Below are positions 24,901-39,900 of a stretch of DNA of 64,000 nucleotides, piece after piece (positions within the stretch are counted from its first letter, which is position 1; every line of letters starts with the position of its first letter). Source of the DNA: Amoebophrya sp. A120. Taxonomy: Eukaryota > Protista > Dinoflagellata. The position numbers were made by a program, and so were the translations under genes. Under the pieces are notes generated by a model. The model worked only from the letters and a program-made list of their open reading frames with translations, ran no database searches and was not told where the DNA came from. The stretch covers positions 4,157,214-4,221,213 of the forward strand of contig CAJINV010000002.1 in NCBI GenBank assembly GCA_905178155.1, written 5' to 3'.

Positions 24901-27900
24901 CAGCATCACAGATCTCGCCTATAATCATGCGAGTTCGAGCGTCACAAATTCCACAACGTGACGAAGAATGAAACGCGTCTCATGGGGCTCCGCATGAGAA
25001 AGATTTTTCCCATGCAGATTTGCATGACAACTTTGGGGTGGGGACGTTTTTGCATAGGATGACTGTCCGCTTTGGTGCATTCCGACACGGGACTACAGGA
25101 CGAACAGCACCACTGCACGGACTACAGCCTCTTTCTGGGCCACGAGTGGCTCACCGCTACGCAGTATGAACTGCAAAAGTACCGTACTCGTATAAATGCA
25201 TTACAAATTTCCTCAGCATGAGGAATGAAATTTGTAATGCGGACGAGCCTTAAAAAAAAATTTGTAATGCATGATTGCAATACGAGTGCGATACTTTTGC
25301 ACAGGATACGCAGGGCAGGAAAGAGGCGGCGTTCGCCGCCCGCCACACCCTGAAGCGAGCGTACCTATGAAATGCAAAAATGTCTGGGTCTGGGAGATTG
25401 CAAGATTTGTCATGCTTGTCTGGCATGACCATCAAGCTTGTGATGCGTGTCCAAGAAGAGACCCTTTTTCCTGTCGTGCAAAAACGCAGTTTGTCATGCG
25501 AAAATCGCAACACAAAGAAGCGCAGATATTTCTCATGCTTGGCTGTGCATTACAGAGCATTCACTATTCCCAGCGCAGCATTACAAGTTTCCAGACCCAG
25601 ACATTTTTGCATTTGATAGCACCAGGTCCTGAGCAACTACAAGATCAACCCCCACTATCCGGGAAAAAAAGTGTGTAAGTCTAAGTGTAACCCTAACCTT
25701 CTTGGAGGAACAGCATCACAAATTTGCTCTGTATGACAGAGAAATAGACCTCTCATGCGTAGCTAGTATCAGTGAAAACACTTAAGTACTACGAGAAGAA
25801 CCTCTGATGCATGTCCAGCATGACAAGTGTACGCATCTACTTGCATCCCCTGCAACACAAATTTTTAATACACTTACGCCGTTTTTTTCTTGCATACCCA
25901 CCGGGCCGACTTTCTGCAGACCCCGGACGGGGTGCACCGGGATTTCCTGAATGAGGCGATCAACTTCTGTTACTATTCCGAAAGCTCAGCCAGCTACCCC
26001 TTTTGGGAGTGGAAAAGCTACGACGGCTTCCCGGTGCCCCTCACCAAACTGCGCGTTTGGAACACCAACCAGGCGGGGGATCGAGACTTTCTGAAGCCGT
26101 TTTACCTATTAACTGCAAATATGTCTATGGGTCTGGAAACTTGTGATGCTGGTTGGCGAATCCTGACGACGCCATAAGTGACGGCTCAGCATGACAAGTT
26201 TCTGACTTGCTAGGTGTTGGGTATAATTCTGCATGACAAACCGCCTTTCGGCATGACAGAAAAGTGGGACTACTTTTGGGCAACGAGCATGACAGACCTT
26301 GGAGTCATGCTACCGGAGCATGACAGACCTTCCATTCTTCCAGATGACCCAGACATTTTTGCAATCCATATTACCTCCTGATTGACAACGGAATCTTCTT
26401 GGGGAGTTTTGACCCAAGCAGCGCGCTATCAAATGTAAAAATGTCTGGGTCTGGAAGGGTTGGAACTTGTGATGCAAAGAACTCTGGGACACACAAAAAT
26501 TTGTGTTGCATGAGCGCCAAAAGCTGTCCATTTCTTGTCACGCAAGTAGGAAGTTTCTAATGCGGGACAGGCATCACGAGGCGTGCACAAAACCTGTGAT
26601 GCTTTTGCCCGCATCAGACGCCATTTGCCTGATCCGAACTATGCATGACAAATCTCGCAATATTCCAGACCCAGACATTTTTACATTTGATGCGCGCAGA
26701 AGTTGACCACGGTGCAGCAGAGTGAGACGAACAACGAGGGGCTCGACGGGCTGTACACGAGCACGGGGAAGTACATGGCGACCATTGCCCTGTACAGGGA
26801 ACTGAAAACCCTGCGGATCCAGGCGCAGGCGGCCAGCGACAAGTTGATTCTATGCGGGTTGGAGCTCTTCGTGGCCGCCTCGGACGGGAGAAAGTTACGC
26901 AAGTTTCAGGACTTTACCGTGTCCGTCTTCCCCAAACGGGACGAGGCGAACACCTTGTATCCTGTGCAAAAGTATCGTACTCGTAGTTGTAATTGCATTT
27001 ATCTTTATGCGTATACAAATCTCTTTCTCAAGGCAAATCAGCATTACAGATCCAATTTGTAATGCTGGGCTAATTTGTAATGCAATTTATACTAGTTGTA
27101 CGATGCTATTGCGTTGCATACCTTGGGGGACCCGACAACGGAGCATAGGTACCGGGCGGTAACCAATATCAAATGCAAAAGTGTCTGGGTCTGGAAGAAT
27201 GCAACTTGTCATGCTGAATCTGAAGCATGCAAAAACTTGCGTTGCGTGATTACCAAAAGATGTCCACTTTTGACCAGTTTGACGGGGAGTTTCTCATGCA
27301 GGATAGGCACGATAGACACCTCACAGCGTTTGTCATGCTAGGCGCTGCATTCCAGGCCTCATGGGTCATGGAAAAACTGCATTTCTTGCATTCTTCCAGA
27401 CCCAGACATTTTTGCAATCCATAACCAACCCCCACGCCGTGAACGGCGTCGACGTGCCGGACTATAACGGCTATCAAATGCAAATGTGTCTGGGTCTGGA
27501 AGAGTGTAACTTATCACGCTATGTATATGTATCTGGGTCGTGGAAAAATTTGTGTTGCATGATTACCAAAAGAGGTCCACTTTTGAACAAGTTTAGAGGC
27601 GGTTTCTCATGCAGGAAAGGCATGGTAGAGATCTCACAGAACCTGTTATGCTAGGCAGTGCATGCCAGACCGTGGGGGTCATGGAAAACCTGCATGACAA
27701 ACCTAGCAATCTTCCAGACCCAGACATTTTTGCATTTGATAACGGCGCTACCGCCGCAACCACCGTCCACGGCGGATTTCTGGCCTTCGGGTATCAAATG
27801 TAAAAATGTCTGGGTCTGGGAAAATGCAACTTGTGATGCTGCATTTGGATTCCAGAAAAATCTGTATTGCATGAGTACCAAAAGGAATGCAATTTTTGCT

Positions 27901-30900
27901 ACGCGGAGAGGGCATTTGTCATGCGGAATAGGCATCAAGAAGCTCTCAAAAAATCTGTGATGCTAGGGCATGCATCACAGACATCAGGGCTCGTGCAAAA
28001 CGTGCATGACAAGTGTCAGAACCTTCCAGACCCAGACATTTTTACAGTTGATATCGGGACGGCCGTTGCCAATCGCAACGTGGCGCAAGCAGGGGCTGAA
28101 CTGTCGACGTGTATCAAATGCAAATATGTCTGGGTCTGGAAGAATCCAACTTGTCATGGATTCTAAAAAAATTAGTGTTGCATGACCAGCAAGAAAGGTC
28201 CAGTTTGTGCTACGCGGAGAGGGCATTTGTCATGCGTAATTAGCATCAAGAAGCTCTCAAAAAATCTGTGATGCTAGCACCAGCATCACAGACCTCACGG
28301 GTCATGCAAAATCTGCATGACAAGCCCCGACTCTTCCAGACCCAGACGTTTTTGCATTTGATAACCTGCTCGTGGGTGCGATCCAAGGCTGCGAGGCGCG
28401 CCACGAACCCCGAGATTGTGTACCAGGTCGATCTATCAAATGTAAAAATGTCTGGGTCTGGAAGATTGCAATTTGTCATGCTGTTTTTGGACTCCAGAAG
28501 AATCTGTATTGCATGAGTACCCAAAGGTTGCCTCTTCTAAACTCACAAGTGTGAATTGAGATTTCCCGACCTTTAGGCTTAGCATTTTAGGCGTGAGGGG
28601 CGGGGCAGTGGGCCACTAGGAGGAACAGGTACAGAATCACCACCGAAAATGGGAGTGTGCTGCAGCCTTCGCGTTACATTACCACGGTTGTCGACTCCCA
28701 CGCTCAGCTGGGGTGGAGGCAACCCGGTGGTGTGACTAGCTGCGTACTGACCAATGTGAGCAACCGTAGCATTGTCGCGAGGAGGAGGGAACAGCAGTCC
28801 GGAGACCGGTGGATTCGCAACGCGAGAAGCCGGAGAAGGGGTCAGACCGCAACCTACAGAACACGAATTGGAACCGNNNNNNNNNNNNNNNNNNNNNNNN
28901 NNNNNNNNNNNNNNNNNNNNNNNNNNNNNNNNNNNNNNNNNNNNNNNNNNNNNNNNNNNNNNNNNNNNNNNNNNNNNNNNNNNNNNNNNNNNNNNNNNNN
29001 NNNNNNNNNNNNNNNNNNNNNNNNNNNNNNNNNNNNNNNNNNNNNNNNNNNNNNNNNNNNNNNNNNNNNNNNNNNNNNNNNNNNNNNNNNNNNNNNNNNN
29101 NNNNNNNNNNNNNNNNNNNNNNNNNNNNNNNNNNNNNNNNNNNNNNNNNNNNNNNNNNNNNNNNNNNNNNNNNNNNNNNNNNNNNNNNNNNNNNNNNNNN
29201 NNNNNNNNNNNNNNNNNNNNNNNNNNNNNNNNNNNNNNNNNNNNNNNNNNNNNNNNNNNNNNNNNNNNNNNNNNNNNNNNNNNNNNNNNNNNNNNNNNNN
29301 NNNNNNNNNNNNNNGTAAAAATGTCTGGGTCTGGAAACTTGTGATGCTGGGTGGCGTCTCATGATGAGGCTACAAATGCTGGCTCAGCATGACAAGTTTC
29401 TGAGCTCCTCGGTGTTGCCTATTCTGCATGACAAACTGCACTTCTGCATCACAGAAAAACGGAGCTCTTGGGTAACGGGCATGACAGATTTGAGAGTCAT
29501 GCCAGACAAGCATGACAAACATGAATTCCTCCAGACCCAGACATTTTTACATTTGATACCATCGCAGCATCAAGTTCGTGAAAAATTCGCGTCGGTTCGC
29601 CACGGCCGATGGACGCTCGTATTGAGAGGAAAAATCCCCCCTCCCCATATTTAAAAGGTATGCTTCCAAACATTTGTGTTGCGGATTTGAGGTCACAAAT
29701 CACATCTGTCTTGCAAGAAGACAAGGGCAGAAGTTTCCGCCATATTATGGAAGCTGTTTGTCATGCTGTTGGGCCTAAAGGGGAACCGTTTGCCATGCTG
29801 AACAACTAGACTCATACGCCCCTACCTAGCCTGGGGATCTGGCCGCCATGCCTCTCTGCAATACAAAGCTGATTTGTGGCCACAAATCAGCAGCACAAAT
29901 TTCCGCTTTGATATGGGGAGGGGGGATTTTTCATTTTGATAGCTCGCATCTCGTCCCTTCTTCCGCGCTCTATCACGAAAAGATCTCCCTTTGGATTTGC
30001 GGTTTGGAGATTTTCGTGGTGGAGAATCATTTTCAGGCGGATGAACACGCAAGTCGAGCCAAGACCAAGCTGCAGTCCGCGGACTCGGTGAGGCAAGAAG
30101 TGAAGATAGTCAGTGACGAGGTATGCATTGCACAAGTATCGTACTAGGAGAAATCGCATGAGAAATGTCCGCAGCATGAGAAATGGAATTTCTGATGCTG
30201 CTTCACCTTGGGAATCAGATTTGTAATGCAAGACTGCGAAGATTTTTACTACGAGTGCGATTCTTTTGCACAGCATACGAGGAAGACGACGTTGATTTTG
30301 GGCCGATCTTCGACGACCCCGTCCCAGGTCCTGGTCCCGCGCCCACGCCCGCCCCGCCCGCCGGACCCCCGCCGCCCCCGCCGGAGCCCACGCAGCCGGG
30401 GGGCTGCTATTCTGAGTATAAAACATCCCCACCCCAGAGCTGTCATTCTCTCCTTTTTAACTTCAACAAAGTTCGAAACTCTTCTGTGCTTTAAATTTGG
30501 TCTTTTCCAGTACATAAAACACCCCAGAGCTGTCATGCAGATTTGCAGTCACAGGAGGATGTATAATGCGCATCCCCATGAGAGGCATTCCCAGTCGTGT
30601 TTTGGACTTTCTTGTAATGCTGCAAACAGGATGAGTAGATGGCTTTGTGATGCGGCTGCACCTGCTAAACTGCACTACAATACAGAGAGGAACTACTTGT
30701 CATGCGTGACTCCCAAAACTTCTCGGCTTGTGTTGCGAGATCCCCATCTTGACTCTGGGTTGGGGACGTTTTTCCTCAGGATAGCCGCAGTCCCGTCACG
30801 ACGGAGCCGCGCTACACCGATATCTCGCACTTGCGGACGCCGCTGTGCGTGGCCGAGTGGGCCGGCAACCTGATCGGGGGCAGTCTGGGCTGGTGCGGGG

Positions 30901-33900
30901 GGGAGGAGGGGGCGCACCGATTGCATGTCAACGCCAATTCGAACAACGATCTGTCGGTCAAGGCCTGCGACGCCGAGTGCCGCAGCACGTCACTGTGTAC
31001 GCACTTATGCATTGCAAAAGTATTGTAGTTGTACTCGTATATTGAATGCATATACAAATTTCCTCAGCATGAGAAATAAAATTTGTAATGCGGATTCACC
31101 TTAAGAAAAAGATTTGTAATGCATGATTGCAATACAACGAGTACTCCCCAAGAGATTTGAATCGAGCACTGCCCGAGATTTTAGGTGATGAATATTTGAA
31201 AAAATGAAAAGAGTGAGAAACTGTTTTAATTTTTGCAGCGCGCGCAAGCTTGCGCTGCCGGGGGGCTTCGCCCTCCCCATGTTCGCGGAAGATTTTGGAC
31301 TTTGCCCCGCCCCTTCGGCTTTTTCTTTCTTTGCGTGTAGTGTAGCCTCGGCAGGCGATTCGTTTTCCCCGCCACCGGCTCGCGTGCTGACGTGGGCGCC
31401 TTTGGGGTGTTGTCCGTTTTTTATGTTGCCCGCGCGGCGCGGGTCTCCATGTCAGAGCTAAGGCGTGCGGCTCCGTGGCGCTTTGTGCTTTATTTTGCCG
31501 GGGCTTTTTTTTGCATTTTTGCTATTTATTTTATGCCAGTAGGAACATGAACAGCAGCCCGCCTGCCTCTGCAGTTGGCGCCCTTTTTCTCTTTTTCGTG
31601 TCGAAATTTTCGTGGGCCAAACACGCGGCGCCGGCTGTGTCTTTCGCACTTTGCTTCCAGAGCTAGTGGCGCGACTGCTTCGCGTAAGCGCCCCTGAATT
31701 AGCACCAAGCGAGGCTCTTCGTTGGTTTTCCATGTAATGCAATCCCGGAGGCCGGTCCGGCGTGTCAGCCAGCGGCCTGCTTCTTGGTGCGGACATTTTT
31801 CTGGCGTTTTTCGTTTCGCGCGTTGGTCGCGTGGCGTTTATCTTCATGTCAGGGCGCAGAAGAGTGACGCGGCGGCGTTTTTCGCTCCTTGTCTGCATTT
31901 GTGGGCTTACTATCCTTGCTGCGCTGCAGCGCCAGCCCCGACTTACCAAGCATGAGAGGCGCCGCGGTTGCTAAGGTTTTACGCTAAAAGTGGCGACGCT
32001 GTCCATGTTTTGCCTTCGTCTTCCTTTTTGGGTGTCTTTCCGTTGCTTTTTTGCCGTACTTCGTTCATTTTGTTGCGTTTTTGCGCCTTTTCGAGCTACG
32101 CGGAGCTTTTCTGGCGCATTTTGGGGCTAAAAACGAACAAACTGCCTGGGGCTGGTTATTTTCGCCGCCGGTTTGCCGTATTTCGTTCATTTCGTCGCGC
32201 TTTTGTGCCTTTTTAAGTTGGAGGAAGTTTCTGTGGCGCATTTTGGTCCTCAGAACGGCCAAACTGTCTGGAATTGGCCTGGCGGATGCGATAGCGCCAC
32301 CGCTCTGCGGACTTGCTCCTGCAAAATCACCGGCGCGCGCCTTGTCGCGCTTTTGCGCCTTTTTGGAGAATTTGCAAAGTGTTGCACTTTTTCACCTATT
32401 TCGATGGCTTTGCGACGTTTTTGCTTTAGTTTGCGTCTGTTGGTGCATTTGCGCACCTTTTTGAGCTGAGGGGAGCTCTTTTGGCGCATTTTGGTCCTAA
32501 GTACGACCAAACTGTCGGGAGTTAGCCTTACGGGTGCGACAGCGCCAACGCGCTGTGAACCGCTGCAAAATCATCGGCGCGCGCAATGTTGCGACTTTGC
32601 GCATTTTTCGAGAATGCGCATAGTGGCGCACTTTTGTGCCTATTTTGAAAAATTTGCGCCATTTCCGCCTTAGTTTTTGCATTTTGGCGCATTTGCGCAA
32701 TTTTTAGGCTTAACAAGGTGGCCCCGCCGTGCGCTTTTTCGTCCAACCATTTCGCTCTTTTTGACTTAACAAGACCTGTTCTGCAGTGACATGAGTCGAA
32801 TTAGCACCAAAAAGGTGCGTCTGTACCTTAAGAAAATTGGCATTTTTCTTTCCATGTGATACATGTTTGCAATACAAGTTGATAACTTCTGCAAAATTAG
32901 TCGCCTTTTTGTCTTTTTGGCTTAGCGAGACCCAATCTGCACCAGGATGGCCCTAGTTAGCACGAAGAAGCTGTCTCTTTGCCGTTGTTTGCGCGTATTT
33001 CGTTCATGCTATTGCGCCCTGTGCGCCTGTGAGCTAAAGCGGCCACGTTTTGCGGGATTTTGCTTTCAAACCGGCCGCGGCGCCTGAAATAAAGGCCACC
33101 GGTGCGGCTTCTGCTGCTGCGCTGGAATATTGTAAAAACGCAGAACCGTCCACGCAGCCGGGGTTGTGGCCTTTTTGCTGAGTGTGCAAAATGTTGCACC
33201 TTTGCCCTAAATCCTGCACATGTGCCACGTTTTTGGCTTAATTTGTGCACTTTTGTGCATTTGTGCAATTTTTAGGCTTAACTCTATCCGTCACACGGTG
33301 CAGCTGCAGCGCGTTTTTGCCTTTTTGAGTTAACAAGAGCGATTCTGCATGAAAATGTCGCTAGTTAGCATCAAAAAGACGGCTTTTTTTCTTAAAAAAT
33401 TCTTGACCGTTTTTGGCATGTGATGCATGTTTGCAGTACAAGTTAGAGACGATACTTTTGCACAGGATAGCACTTTGTGATCGACAATGTGGACAACCCC
33501 ATCACGTGCCACTTCTACAAGTCGGGCTGCGAGACGCGCAACCCGGCGTTTGGGGATAAGCCGCACGACACCGCGCCGAACACGCGAAAGTCCAAGATTG
33601 CGTACAGCCTCGCGAAGAACCTGGCTACCTGCATTGACAGTCACGACGTGCCGCTGCTTCGCGAGCCCGACACGCGGTGCACGCACTATGGGGCTCTCAA
33701 ACGTATACATTCTCAGCTGTTACATGATCTGTCATGCAAAATGACCATGACCCGCCAGACGATCAAGCTGCTGCGCATGACAAATTCTCGAGGTGGGCTA
33801 AAAAGCACTACAATCCGCACCAAACCTGTAATGCAAGACGCGCAAGGGTCTCCCTCTCACCTCTGCTAGTCTTGCATTACAAATTCATGTAACAGTTGAG

Positions 33901-36900
33901 AATGTAACGTTTGAGAACGCCATACCCACGTCATGGCCACCTGCGCGACGAGCGGGTACGACACGAAGAATCTGTACAACTTATCAGAATGAAAAATCCT
34001 TTCTCCCCATATCAAAACGAAACTGCTGATGCTGGATTTGCGTACACAAATCAGATTTGTCTTGCTGGCGAGGACCACTGCAGACCCATACTAAGCCCGA
34101 GGAGACAGGTTTTGGCCTTGGCGCTTTGCATGACAGACGTCTACGCTGTCGGTACAACAGCTGCATGACAAACCGCCTTTAGAATTCGGTGGAGCTTCTT
34201 GTGGAGTTGCCTTCATGCAACACAGAGACGATTTCGATTTGTGGTCAACACAAATCAGCAACACAAATTCTCGAAAACGTGCCTTGTCAATATGGGAGGG
34301 GGATTCGGATTGTTCCTTTTGATGCAACTACATTGACCGGTACTACACCAAAGCCGAGTGCCGCTACTTGTGCGCCGCGACGGAGAAGTGCACGCAGTTT
34401 GTGCACGGCTACCAGCCGAATACGGGGTCGGCCCCCACCAGCCTGAACGTCGGGGACAAGCGAGGGCACTATCCTGAGTAAAAACGTACCCACACCAGAG
34501 TCAGGATGAGGATTTTGCAACACAAACCTAGGAGTTTTGTGAGTCACGCATGACAAGTTGGACTATGCAGTGTAGTGCAGGTTAGCAAGTGCAGCCGCGT
34601 CACAGCTTCATCTGCTCATCCTGTTCACAGCATCACAAATCCCAAAACAGGATTGGAAATGGCTCTCATGGGGATGCGCATTACAAGTCTTCCTGTCTTT
34701 GCAAATCTGCATTACAACTCTGGTGTGGGTATGTTTTTACTCACGATAGCCACTGCTACCTGTTCAAAGACACGTGCACCCCGGACAACGCCTCGTCCGC
34801 AACGCAGATATGACAGTGCACAACTCCCCCGCGTTCTCATTTCTCATGCAAAATCCCGAATCCAGTTGCTCCCTTTCGTCACTATTATGAATGACAAATT
34901 TTTCCGGAAGCCCAAACAGTACTACACGCGGCCGCGCGTGAACTTGTCATACACAGGCTCCACGTGTGCTCGTGTTTGTAATTGTATTGTTGTGTATGCC
35001 ATACCGATCATGAAGGCGAGGGGGAGGCTGTGCACTGTCATAGCAAAAGGGATACAATTTGAATGCCTGCCCGGTGCAGGGCAAGGTTTGCCCGGCCGTG
35101 TTCGGGGGTGGATGCTTGTCGAACAATTTGTACCGCAGCCACAGCGTGACTCGCGTGGAGCAAGCGTCCGGCATGGTGGACACCCCCCATTCCGACTACG
35201 ACGTTCAAGCCAGGTTCCGGGGGTACCACCGGATGGTTGGCGCGATCTTCCATAACCACGGCGGCGGGTTATGGACCTCGTTCTACCAATACGGGTGTAT
35301 GGAGACGCAGGACCAGTACTCGGGGTTTCGGCTGTTTCACCTCCAGCAAAACGACGTGATGTGCAAGCAGGCGGTCCCGCGCGTCACGACCGCCACCTGT
35401 CCCGCGGCCTGGGACGGCATATGCGGCAGCAATGCCAACCTGGCGGGAAAGTTTTATGGCCCCTTGGACATCGACAATGGTATGAAATACACGGACATGA
35501 CCTACGACGCGGAAAAGTGCCGCTACCTGTGCGAGAAAACCCCGGAGTGCGCGGAGTTTAACGTGCAGCAGGACAATATGGAACTGTCAGGATTAAAATC
35601 GTCAAAGTTGAAATAGTTTGTGATGCATAGAATGGATGCCAGTTGGGACCCAGTTCTCAAGCGGCGCATCACAAATTTTGGCGATGCCTAAATCCAGTTT
35701 GTCATGCTGTTTAGGCAAAGATGACTGATTTTCTCATGCTACTTTAGCAGCTCGAGCTCTAACCCCAAACAGGCTCACAATCGGCCTCCCTTGCCTGCTC
35801 TGCAATGCACGTATTTCGCGCTATGCATTTTATGCATCACAAATTCTTTCAACTTTGACGATTTCAGTCCTGACGCTTCCATAGACAACGGGCAGTGCCA
35901 CCTGTACAAGACCGGGTGCACGAATCCCGGAAGCAACGACGCCAATTACAAGCACTACCGTCTGGCGGACTGCTATGCGAAGAAAAAAGTGTTAGAGTTA
36001 CACCTTGTGTTGCGAAACAAGCAAGACAGGCAACCTTTGTCATCCAGGAAATGCTTGCCAGCCTCATTTCATTCGTGTTTTATTCCCTTATAGTCTGCGC
36101 ATCACAGGTTTGCTTTGGCATGTCGAGCAACTTTGTGATGCAGAAACTCCAACAAATGTGTAACTGTAACACTTTTTTCGTGGGATAACTGCGGGCTGAA
36201 AAACGAGGGCATAAGCGGCACGCTCGTTCCCCGGTGGGCGGTCACGACCACCTATCAAATGTAAAAATGTCTGGGTCTGGAAGAATGCAAGTTTGTCATG
36301 CTTGTCTGGCATGACTCTTGAATCTGTCATGCACATTACCAAAGAGCCCCACTTTTATGTCATGCAGAAACGTAGTCTGTCATGCAGAATAGGCAACACC
36401 TAGAAGCTCAGAAACTCGTCATGCTGAGCCAGCAATTGTCGCCTCCTCATGATACGCCACACAGCATCACAAGTTTCCAGACCCAGACATTTTTACATAC
36501 GATACCACCTTTTCCGGAGCAGGCGACAGCGAGCCGCAAACGCATATGGCGTTCTCAAACGTTACATTCCCAACTGTTACATGATTTGTCATGCAAAAAC
36601 GCTATCACTCTTGTTCACGCGATCAAGCCCCTTTCGCATGACAACAACTTCTCGACGACGCGCTAAATAGCTGCACTAGAATCCATGATCCCAAATTTGT
36701 AATGCAAAAGGCGCAATCTACTTTCTGTTTCTCCGTTTACTTTTGCCATTCTTACATTACAAATTGAAACTCATGTACGAACACTTGAGGATGTAACGTT
36801 TGAAAATCCCATGACGCACTACCCCGGAAAACCGTTGAACCGGAAAGAGTTCGACTTTCGCATGTACGATATCAAAAGGAAAGACAAAGATCCTTTCTCC

Positions 36901-39900
36901 CCAGATCAAAAGGAAGTTTCTGATGCTGGATTTCCGTACACAAATCAGATTTGTCTTGCAGAAAGTGTTTCGTGGCATTTTCTAAGCCTGGTGCTTCGGT
37001 ATGCAGAAGGCCGCTAGCAATTACGCATCACTACCAGGTCCTCTGCAGTAGTCGAAACCGCATCACAGATCGGCTGCGGTGGAATGGGCCACAGGGCTTC
37101 CATTACCCGAGAAGCAAGACAAAGGGGAGTTGTGGGCACATATCAGCATCACAAATTTTCTTTTTGATATGGGGAGGGAGGATTTTTCATTGTAATATAT
37201 GAAAACGACCAGGACCACGGCGGCCTGGTGTTCTGCACCCTGTTCGCGATGGACGGGGGGACCAACCGCGCGTGGTGGAAGGCGACCTTCAACGACAACT
37301 GTTTTCACATGGTCTCGGGGATGATGGTATTCGCGCAGGGGGGATCGCACTATGACAATGCACAACTCGTCCCCCTGCTCCCCCTCATTTGTCATGCAAA
37401 ATTCCAAATCCAACCTTTGCCTGTTAACACTGTTTGCATGACGGATTGTTCCGCAATCCAAAACAGCACTACTGTCCTCTACTGGGAATTTGTCATGCAA
37501 AACCTGCATCTTTGCCAGCGCTTGTGTTGCTGTTGAGGGGGAGGGGGAGTTATGCACTGTCATACGCACACGTGTCGCCATATGGAAGTGTCAGAATCGA
37601 AATTGACAAAGTCGAAAAGTTTGTGATGCATAAAATCGATACCAGTTGGAGCCTCAGTTTCCAAGTGGCGCATGACAAATTTCGGGAGCACCCAGATCCA
37701 GTCTGTAATGCTGTTTGGACAAAGAAGACTGCTCCTGTCATGTTACTCTGGCAGCACATGACATACCCCCAAACAGGCTCGCAATCGGTCTCATTTGCGT
37801 GCTCCCCAATACAGGCCTTCAGTGCCCTACATTTTATGCAACACAAGTTTTTCGATTTTGTCGATTTCGATCCTGACACATCCATACGCCAGTCGTTTTC
37901 CACGGCCGGGTATCCAAGAAAAAAAGATTGTAGCTGTAAGTTTTTTGGCTGATCAGCATTACAAATCTGTCTGGCATGTTGACAGCAGAAACCTGTCGTG
38001 CGCAGATAGCATGTCAAAACGCGCTTGAATGGACCCTGCAATGCATGTCCAGCATGACATACGCAATCATCTTGCGTGTTGCGCATCACAAACTTACACT
38101 AACAATGTTTTTTTCCTGCATACCGGGCAGGTTGTGTATTCGGAAGAAGGGGGGACGGAGACCACGGCGCCCCTGGGAACGATTTCCGAAACCGGGACCT
38201 GGGTAGTGGTGAACAAGTGGGTCAACAGCATCAAGATCGAGGGCGCGGAAAACGCACAGACGACGTGTTTCTGCGGCGTTTGGATCTACGAGAGCACCAC
38301 CACCACCACGACCACCGGGGCGCCCCTGCCACTTTCATACCGAATGACATCGATCGAAACCTTGACCAACCCCGTCTGCGTCGCTGCTTTGTCCGGGCAG
38401 TGTCCCTCCCACGCCACGGACAAGATCGGCGAGACGACTACGAGCCCGAGCTTGAAACAATGCGACGCGGACTGCCGGGCGTTGGAAAACTGTGTCGGAT
38501 TTTCGTTTTCGAGAATTAGTGGGACCATGAGTTGTTCGCACTTCAAGGAGGGCTGCACAGATGCAACGGGCAGTACAAGGAAAGAGACGGTGTACTATGA
38601 CTTGCAGAAGAATGCGGATTTGTGTATCAGTGCCCACGAAGTACCGGAAGTCGACACTTGTCCAGTCGCCATCGATGGAGACTGCGAGCCGCCCACGGCG
38701 GACACCGGAGATTTCAATTTGGCGGTGTACAACGACCGCGCCTACACGCTTTCCGAGTGCCGCTACCTGTGCGCCATGACCCCGGGTTGCGCGTCGTTTT
38801 TTGTGTTGCAGAGCTACCCGGAACGCTGCAAGTTGTTCCCGACGGGCTGCTCGTTGAAAGTGTCATCCTTTTGGAAGGGCTACAACTTGAAAAACTGCAA
38901 TTTAAAGGAGCTGCAGGTCTGCCCCGCGCAGTGGGGCGGGTTTTGCAAAAACACCGACACCCTCCAGCTACCCTCCTTCAACGAGGCGGCCTTTCCCATC
39001 AACGCTCCTGGAATCACGACCCTACTGCAAAACTCACTGACGAAAACCCGCGTGATGGATTACGACCACTACTGCCGGGGACGGGGCTACAGCTCCACGG
39101 CAGGGGATAGGTGTGCGGGGTACGCCCGCCACGTGGCTACAGGCGCCGCGGAGTATTTTAAAGACGGGTGCAGCCAGGACCTGCAGAGCTCTGGGTGGGC
39201 GTATTTCAGCATGCATGGGAACCGCATGAACTGTCGCACGCACGTGCCCCGGGTGACGTTCTGCCCGCCGGCGTGGGGGAGCTGGTGCTCGAACTGGAAG
39301 GAGAAGCAAATCGGCACCGGTCTTTTTTACAACGACCAGTCGTACACCAAGGACGCTTGCTACTACCTCTGCTCCAAGACGCCCGGGTGCGCCACCTTCT
39401 GGTGGCGGGGCAACGCGGGTACCTGCGCACTGTTCCGGGAGGGGTGCGAGCCCAGCACGGAACTCCCCCGCGAGGGCGAGATCTTCCACATGTCGAATTG
39501 CCAAACGTACGGCGTGCTGCCGCAACTGATCGGGAAGGCGGACATTGTGCCGCACTTCGCCCTGAAAACGGCGTTCAGCGCGGGCGCGACGGACGGCCAC
39601 AATTCGCAGTACGCAAACCTAAATTTCCCAGAGCGGGCTCTGTTCCGACCGGAGTTTTTTGTGGGGGCGGCGGAGCAGGGCGATTCCCGGGACTGCTGCT
39701 TCGACTACGCTTGCATCAAGATAGTGCCCACCTCACCAGGCGGGCAAAGCTGGTGGGAGGCGGAGTTTGCCGACAAAGGCTACCACCTAGTCTATTGTGA
39801 GAAAAAATCCCGCCTCCCCATTATATTGAAGACGCATCCTTCCGAAAATTTCTGATGCATATTTGTGGCCACAAATCCTGTCTGTCTTGCCAGAAGGCAA

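Noticed and set aside
14265-28434. CRISPR-like repeat/spacer alternation
   Set aside because: The repeats are 150-340-bp TIR elements of several families and the spacers are in-frame exons; no cas genes.
28429-29563. Single introner spanning the gap (cgatc/ccatc)
   Set aside because: The post-gap element has its own left TIR arm and the protein domain looks incomplete, so the match is probably coincidental; unresolved without gap closure.
38029-39855. Stand-alone 608-aa gene
   Set aside because: Its start and stop lie inside flanking introners; it is an internal exon.
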